From assembly GCA_013265495.1 (NCBI GenBank), contig MU063057.1:1793280-1857279 (forward strand): a DNA stretch of 64,000 nt, written 5' to 3'. The position numbers and the translations under genes were made by a program. Below, in pieces: positions 58,830 through 64,000 of the stretch. The first letter of the stretch is position 1. Every line of letters begins with the position of its first letter. Source of the DNA: Vicugna vicugna (taxonomy: Eukaryota). The notes under the pieces are model-generated. The model was not told the DNA's origin, searched no databases, and saw nothing but the letters and a program-made list of their open reading frames with translations.

Positions 58830-60480
58830 TCTCAGTTGTGTTCCTCCAAGGTGGTCAGTTCAGTTGCAGGATAAGTCTTTACTCTGTATTTACATCTGGT
58901 AGTAAGAACTTTATTCTGTACACACATCTGGGAGAAAGACATTTGCCTGCTGGTACAAGACAGCAGAAATTTAATTATGTGGACTATACCCAAGGCCAGA
59001 AGTTGAATTACAGCTACCGACTGGAATAAACTTCTCAACCTGTTTCCCCAGCTGTCCACATTTAATAGGTCAAAAATGTCCCAGGACCCTCGGGTTTGGC
59101 CTATTTCAGTTAACAGTCTGACGCTATCTTTCATTATTTGTAGTTCCTGTGTGAATTCCCCCGATTTGTTAACATAAAAACAGCACTCCTCCTTGAGCCG
59201 GGCACAGGTTCTGCCATGCTGTGCAGGGAAGAAGTTTAGGGCGCTGTGGTTTTCAGACTGCCGCTGCTAGGCTGTCCATTTGGGTTTGCTGATGTTCAAA
59301 GACTCACACAACCGTTAAAGGTAGGAGCCATGACTGTGGAGAGATTCTGAACTGCCTTCTCAAGCTCCGCTACTCCAACCTAAGGGGAAAAGGCCTGGGC
59401 GAAGGCACGTCCAAGTCTCCATCTACCACGGGGGCATCTGTAGGCATCCACCCAAAGCTGTATCCATCCCAGCCACGCTGTGCGCTTGTAAGCTGGTAGC
59501 ACAAAGGGCCAAGACTGGTGGTGATGGAAGGCGGGGTTTCCCTGACTTCAGCATCAGGAGGGATGGCAATGACTCTAGCGTCCTTTCCACTGAAGGGGTG
59601 TGGAGAGGGCATTCCTTCCACACAGAAAGTAACAACCAGTGCCTTTAAAGATAGGGTTCAGTGGGCCCTTTTGTCCAGATTTCTTTTCCTGGAATAAAAA
59701 AGATCTCATGATCAAAACCAGTCATTTATATAAACACATGGTAAGTGGTTTTGTTAGCAGTCAGAATGGTTAGAGGGGTTTCTTAAGTTTCAATATGCGT
59801 GGAGTAACAGGTGCGTCTGCCTGCTACAGGTGACGTTCCGATGGAGGACTGGGGGTGCTCCAGGGAGAACGCAGGCTGGCTTAAGTCTCCACCACTCGGC
59901 AGATTTTTGATCAATTCCCTATGCAGTACCATGAAGGAAGCACACCAGCTTCCCATCTCCTGGTATCATTACCCTTTTCATTATCCCACCAAAGAGACCC
60001 ATTAGTCTCCTAGATTCCAGTGGGGAATAGATTCATGACCATCTGAGTCATACACAATCATTACAAGCATTCAGCAGGAGGCAGCCTAGAGACTTACCTG
60101 TCCCATTAATGTTCCTAAAACATGAGAAAGGTTTTGGGTTAAGAGTCTGGACTGTATGGGTGGGGAGGCACCCCATGGAATGCTGTAATATCAGATGCCA
60201 ATTTACCAGAAGAGAGGATATATACAGCTGCAAAGGCATGAAAGCAAAATCCTCCATCTCTGCCAGACAAACCTCCCCGCCGTCCTTCTAAGGATAACGG
60301 CCAGGCTTCCAGTTCAGGTTCATCATGAGTGTTACTGACACTGGTGCAACCAACAGTGAGGTTGGTGGAAATCAGTTTTTATAATGTGGGAGCAAAGGGG
60401 TGCATCACAGACAAACTAGGGGGTGGCAAGGAGGTCAGAGAAAAGACAAGTACAACTTTAAGCAGCATGCCTTGGTTGTG
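58830..60480 (-). pseudogene. Decayed gamma-type env (MER34/HEMO-like), with stops and frameshifts
   Basis: Minus-strand fragments CFRNINGTGKSLG (~60085-60125), GCYFLCG (~59617-37), ELEKAVQNLS (59338-67), ISD-like ENHSALNFF, CX6CC CARLKEECC (59180-59206) then FYVNKSG, and a hydrophobic TM-like tail (~58930-59030). TAG at 59380-82. Confidence 0.85.
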
Positions 60481-60599
60481 TGATACAGAACAGGGTAAAG
60501 CGAGAGGTTACATCTCTGAAGAGCCGTCTACTGGTGTTTGCTTCAGTCAAAGGGTTCAGCTTTAGGTCCTGAGCTGCAATGCAGGTCCACTCGAGTCTG

Positions 60600-63500
60600 G
60601 GGGCCTTTTTAAGATGGGAACACGTGAATCCAGGAGCCTAACCCCTGGAGCTTGGTGGCACAGGGGTTAGTCCATAACACCTGGTAGGGGTCCTTCCAAT
60701 GAGGTGGGGGGAGTCTTTATGGAGAGGCCTCTGTCTCCAGACTGTAAAGAGACATCTTCATCTCCTGGGAGCATGCTGTGGAAAGGGTATTTCACTACAG
60801 CATAACCTCAGACCTGTGCAAATGTGATGTGTGCACCCTTTTATTAGCTGGTCAAAGGAAGCAGGGGCTAAATGCACAAGCCGTCCATGACTATTTTCAA
60901 AGGGTGAGAATTTATGATTCCCAAATGGAGGAGATCCAAGATTTGGAAAAACCAGGGCAGTACTTTTGGCCAATGTATTTGAAGGAATTCAACTAATTTA
61001 GCCAACAGAATCTTTGTAACTCCATTCCTGTATTGAGCCAGTCCTGACAATTGAGGATGATAAGCCTGGTAGGAGGGTAGAACTGGCCGCACAGCACAGT
61101 GACAGGAGTCCTCTGGTCACTATGGAGTTCCAGGGCGGGGGTTGGGGGTGATCTTTCTTAAAAGGACTTCAGCTACAGAAGAGAGTCACCGTTCTACGTG
61201 AAAACATGCAAACCGTTACTAGAACATATTTACATCCACAAGCTAGGGGCAACTGTATGAAATCCACTTGCCACAACTTTAACAGCCTGTTGAGGAAACA
61301 GTCCGTCCTGGGGCGGGACCAACAGGCCTCCCTGGGGTTAATTCAGGACAGGTACAAGCATGACAAGCGCTCTTTGTGGACTCGCTGCTGTTTCTCTACC
61401 AATGACCACTTACAAGGACTGTCGTCTTCTCAGTGGCCACTGGTTTAATTCACGTACAGTGGTCAGTAAGGGAAGTTTCCGATTTTCTGGCAGGACCAGC
61501 TTATTACTGGGTTCAAACCACAGTCCCTGTTCTTTGCGGGTGTAATGACCAGCCTTCAGATTTCCAGCTGTGCTTTTCTTTCAGAGGCCAGCGGTTGTCC
61601 ACTCCTGGTTGTTCCCTTAGGTCCCTGCAGGGGAAGAGCCTTCGGGCCATGACAGAGCTTTGGTCTGTGGATACCGTATGAGAGGGTTTTTGCAGAGATG
61701 TCAGGAAGGCGTTTTCTTTAGCTTCCAGGAACCAGACCTGCAGAGCGCAGGCACTTCAACGACAGCGAGAGCTACTGGCAGCAGCATGAATTCCACCAGA
61801 TTCTGAACATAAGGGCCATTCTTAATTTGGTCTCCACTGGAAGTGGGGAAACACTTGTTTCTATAACACTCCAAACTAATGCACCACTCTAAAGGCATAC
61901 TAGCTATCAATAGATGTTTCCTGTCTTGCCTGAGAGAGAGCACACAGGCACACCTCGGAGATACTGCAGGTTTGGTTCCAGACCACCTCAGTAAAGCGAA
62001 CGTCACAATAAAGCAAGTCACGTGAATTTTTTGGTGTTTACATTGTACTGCAGTTTGTTGAGTGTGCATCAGCATAATAGCTTAGATAACAATGTACATA
62101 CTTTAATTTAAGAATACTTTACTGCTAAAAAATGCTAACCACCATCTGAGTCTTCAGCAAGTTGTAGTAACAACAAAGATCACCGATCACCATAACAAAT
62201 GTAACAGTATTGCAAGGATTATTCAAATGTGGCAGATACACCAAGAGGGCAAGTGCTGCTGGAAAAATGGTGCCAACCGACTTGCTTGACACAGGGTTGT
62301 CACAAACCTTCAATTTATAAAAAAATCTGCGAAGCACAACGAGGTGCCCCTGTACGACTCAGCTTGCTGAGCTGAAGCAGCTGAAGGTAAGGGGACAGCC
62401 TCAGTGATCTTGAAAGGAGCCGGTAACACGTGCCCAGCACAAAACTTACCATCTTTATTTTTTATGTGGGAGACACTGATAAACCACACAAGATCAGGAT
62501 TCATCAAGGGGGTTTCCTGTAAAGTCACGAGCGGTCCACAGGTGACCCACCAAAGTCAGGGTCCCAGGGAATTTCATCAGGAGAGGAGGGGGGAAGGGTG
62601 CAGACTTGACACCTGCGACCGCTACAGTGAATGAGAGTGACTGAGCCAGTGAGGAAGACTTCACTGTGGGGGGAGGGTAGAATGGCTTGCTGCAAGGTGC
62701 TGAGTGTGGTGTGAATTCAAGGGAGCCTCAATGGTCCGAGGTGCAGATGGTAGTTTACCCAAAGGGCGCAGCAGACAGCTCTAAGGCACGAGCTACCCTC
62801 AAGGCCAGGGCTCTAACTGTTGGCCCCAGTAACGCAGGGCGGGTGATAGCCCCATGTTTTTCGCATAAACGTTCTGACAACATCCCTTCCTCCTCATATA
62901 CCAAAAAGAAAAAGCGCAGCTGATGATCTGGGCATCCAAAGGCAGGTGGATTTATTAAGCTTCTCCTCAAAAGCTAAGCCACCCTGGTCAGCCCCAACCC
63001 CGGGGCAGCTCCAGGGTTCTTCAGAAGGCGTTTGGGGGAGAGTCACTACGGAGAAGCTTGGAATCCAACTGCAACAATAACCAGTTAGCCCAAGGAAACC
63101 CCATAGCTGACATTTGGTTTGGGGTCTGGAAAGTTTAAAATGCCTTGACGTCCACTGGGATCCAGATGTAGTCTCTGTTCTGAGAGTAAACATCTAGGTA
63201 TCGAACCAGAGTTCAGAAAAATTGCAATTTTTCCTTAGAGAACTTGTATCTCTTAATGTCTAAGATTTTTAACAGGTGAACAGTGTCTTTCTGTGGGAAT
63301 TTTGGGAGGCAAGCAAAGAAGCAAACCATCTACATATTGCAGTAAGGTGGAGCCTCCAGAGAATTCTATGTCATTTAAGCCAGCCTTTAAACTGTCAGAG
63401 AAGCAGCCTGAGTGAAGCCCTGAAGCGTGACTGTCCAAGTGCACTGTGGCCTCCCAGGTAACGGCGAAGAGATACTGATTACCTTCAGCAACAGCAACAC

Positions 63501-64000
63501 TAAAAAACACACTGGATAAGTCAACCACAGTGAAAAAGCGGCTTCTGGTCTAGACGGGTGCCAAAAGCACGTGGGCATAAGGGATGACAGGACAGCAAGG
63601 ACAGCACTGCTGTCTATCGCCAGAGGTCCTGGCACGCCTCCATCCTGGCCACAGAGATTTTTACAGGTAAAATAGGGGTATGACCAGACTGGGGAAAGGC
63701 TTAATGAGTCCTTGGGCTTACAGTCTTCTGGACAGAATTTATGCCCATACGATTTCTTTATTTACAGGCTACCACTTTATTCTTCAGAGAGGTTTTGAGG
63801 GGTCAATCTGGATCTCAATGGAAGAGGCACCATGAATTCTGCCTATGTCTGCTGAGCATTCTGCCCGAAAAGCAGTGGGGATTGATACCCGGTTTAGTGG
63901 GGGAGGCGGGTAAGTCCAAGGTTTGCTCTTCTCTGGTCTGCAGTGTATTAAAGGCAAAGGGGCTGAATTCTCCTCAGTGCTGATCGGAATTAAAGGGATG
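60600..64000 (-). pseudogene. Decayed ERV1 pol (RT, RNase H, integrase); continues past the window end
   Basis: RT DLSSVFFS, LLQYVDG (63325-36; YVDD catalytic Asp lost), GFLGLTGYC; RNase H SAQQAE and GDQIKNG; integrase WQVDF (61259-73), LHSDQ, AYHPQLSG, WPKVLP. Many stops and frameshifts. Confidence 0.9.
61945..62352 (+). mobile_element. Internally deleted Tigger1-type (TcMar) DNA transposon nested in the ERV RNase H
   Basis: 5' TIR CAGGCACACCTCGGAGATACTGCAGGTTTGGTTCCAGACCAC; 3' end ...CAAACCTTCAATTT...GAGGTGCCCCTG followed by TA; RNase H frame resumes on both sides. Confidence 0.88.

Noticed and set aside
58830-60480. Intact captured env (syncytin-like gene)
   Set aside because: In-frame stops (e.g. 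TAG at 59380-82), a frameshift at the start of the ISD, and no ORF above about 100 aa.

Overview
Mammalian genomic DNA, almost certainly camelid (five copies of the camelid tRNA-derived SINE), syntenic to the distal KCNQ1/CDKN1C imprinted domain (human 11p15.5). Left to right: (1) the last six coding exons of SLC22A18 (+ strand; the 5' exons lie outside the window); (2) PHLDA2 (- strand, two exons, 131 aa, with a 164-N gap in the PH domain) in a CpG island with a TATA box; (3) about 10 kb of GC-rich intergenic DNA with L1/MLT1/MIR/L2 relics; (4) the complete coding region of NAP1L4 (- strand, 15 ATG-to-stop exons, 376/387-aa isoforms; non-coding exon 1 probably lies beyond 64000), with the H/ACA snoRNA SNORA54 in the intron between the EYDEPIL and SFVLEF exons; (5) a decayed class I endogenous retrovirus (pol-env-PPT-3'LTR, - strand, same sense as NAP1L4) whose env resembles the MER34/HEMO family and whose RNase H is split by a Tigger1-type DNA transposon. 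Most interesting leads: a CTCF motif overlapped by one of four clustered ZFP57 hexamers next to SNORA54; a stop-codon cassette exon that toggles the NAP1L4 CKQQ prenylation tail; a splice-competent env segment that would add an in-frame MGC... N-terminus to NAP1L4; a G.U-rich SNORA54 stem; and a local AT-to-GC substitution bias in repeats. Comparisons with human proteins, SNORA54, HEMO and repeat consensuses are from memory and need alignment. Most ORFs in the supplied track are spurious products of high GC content.
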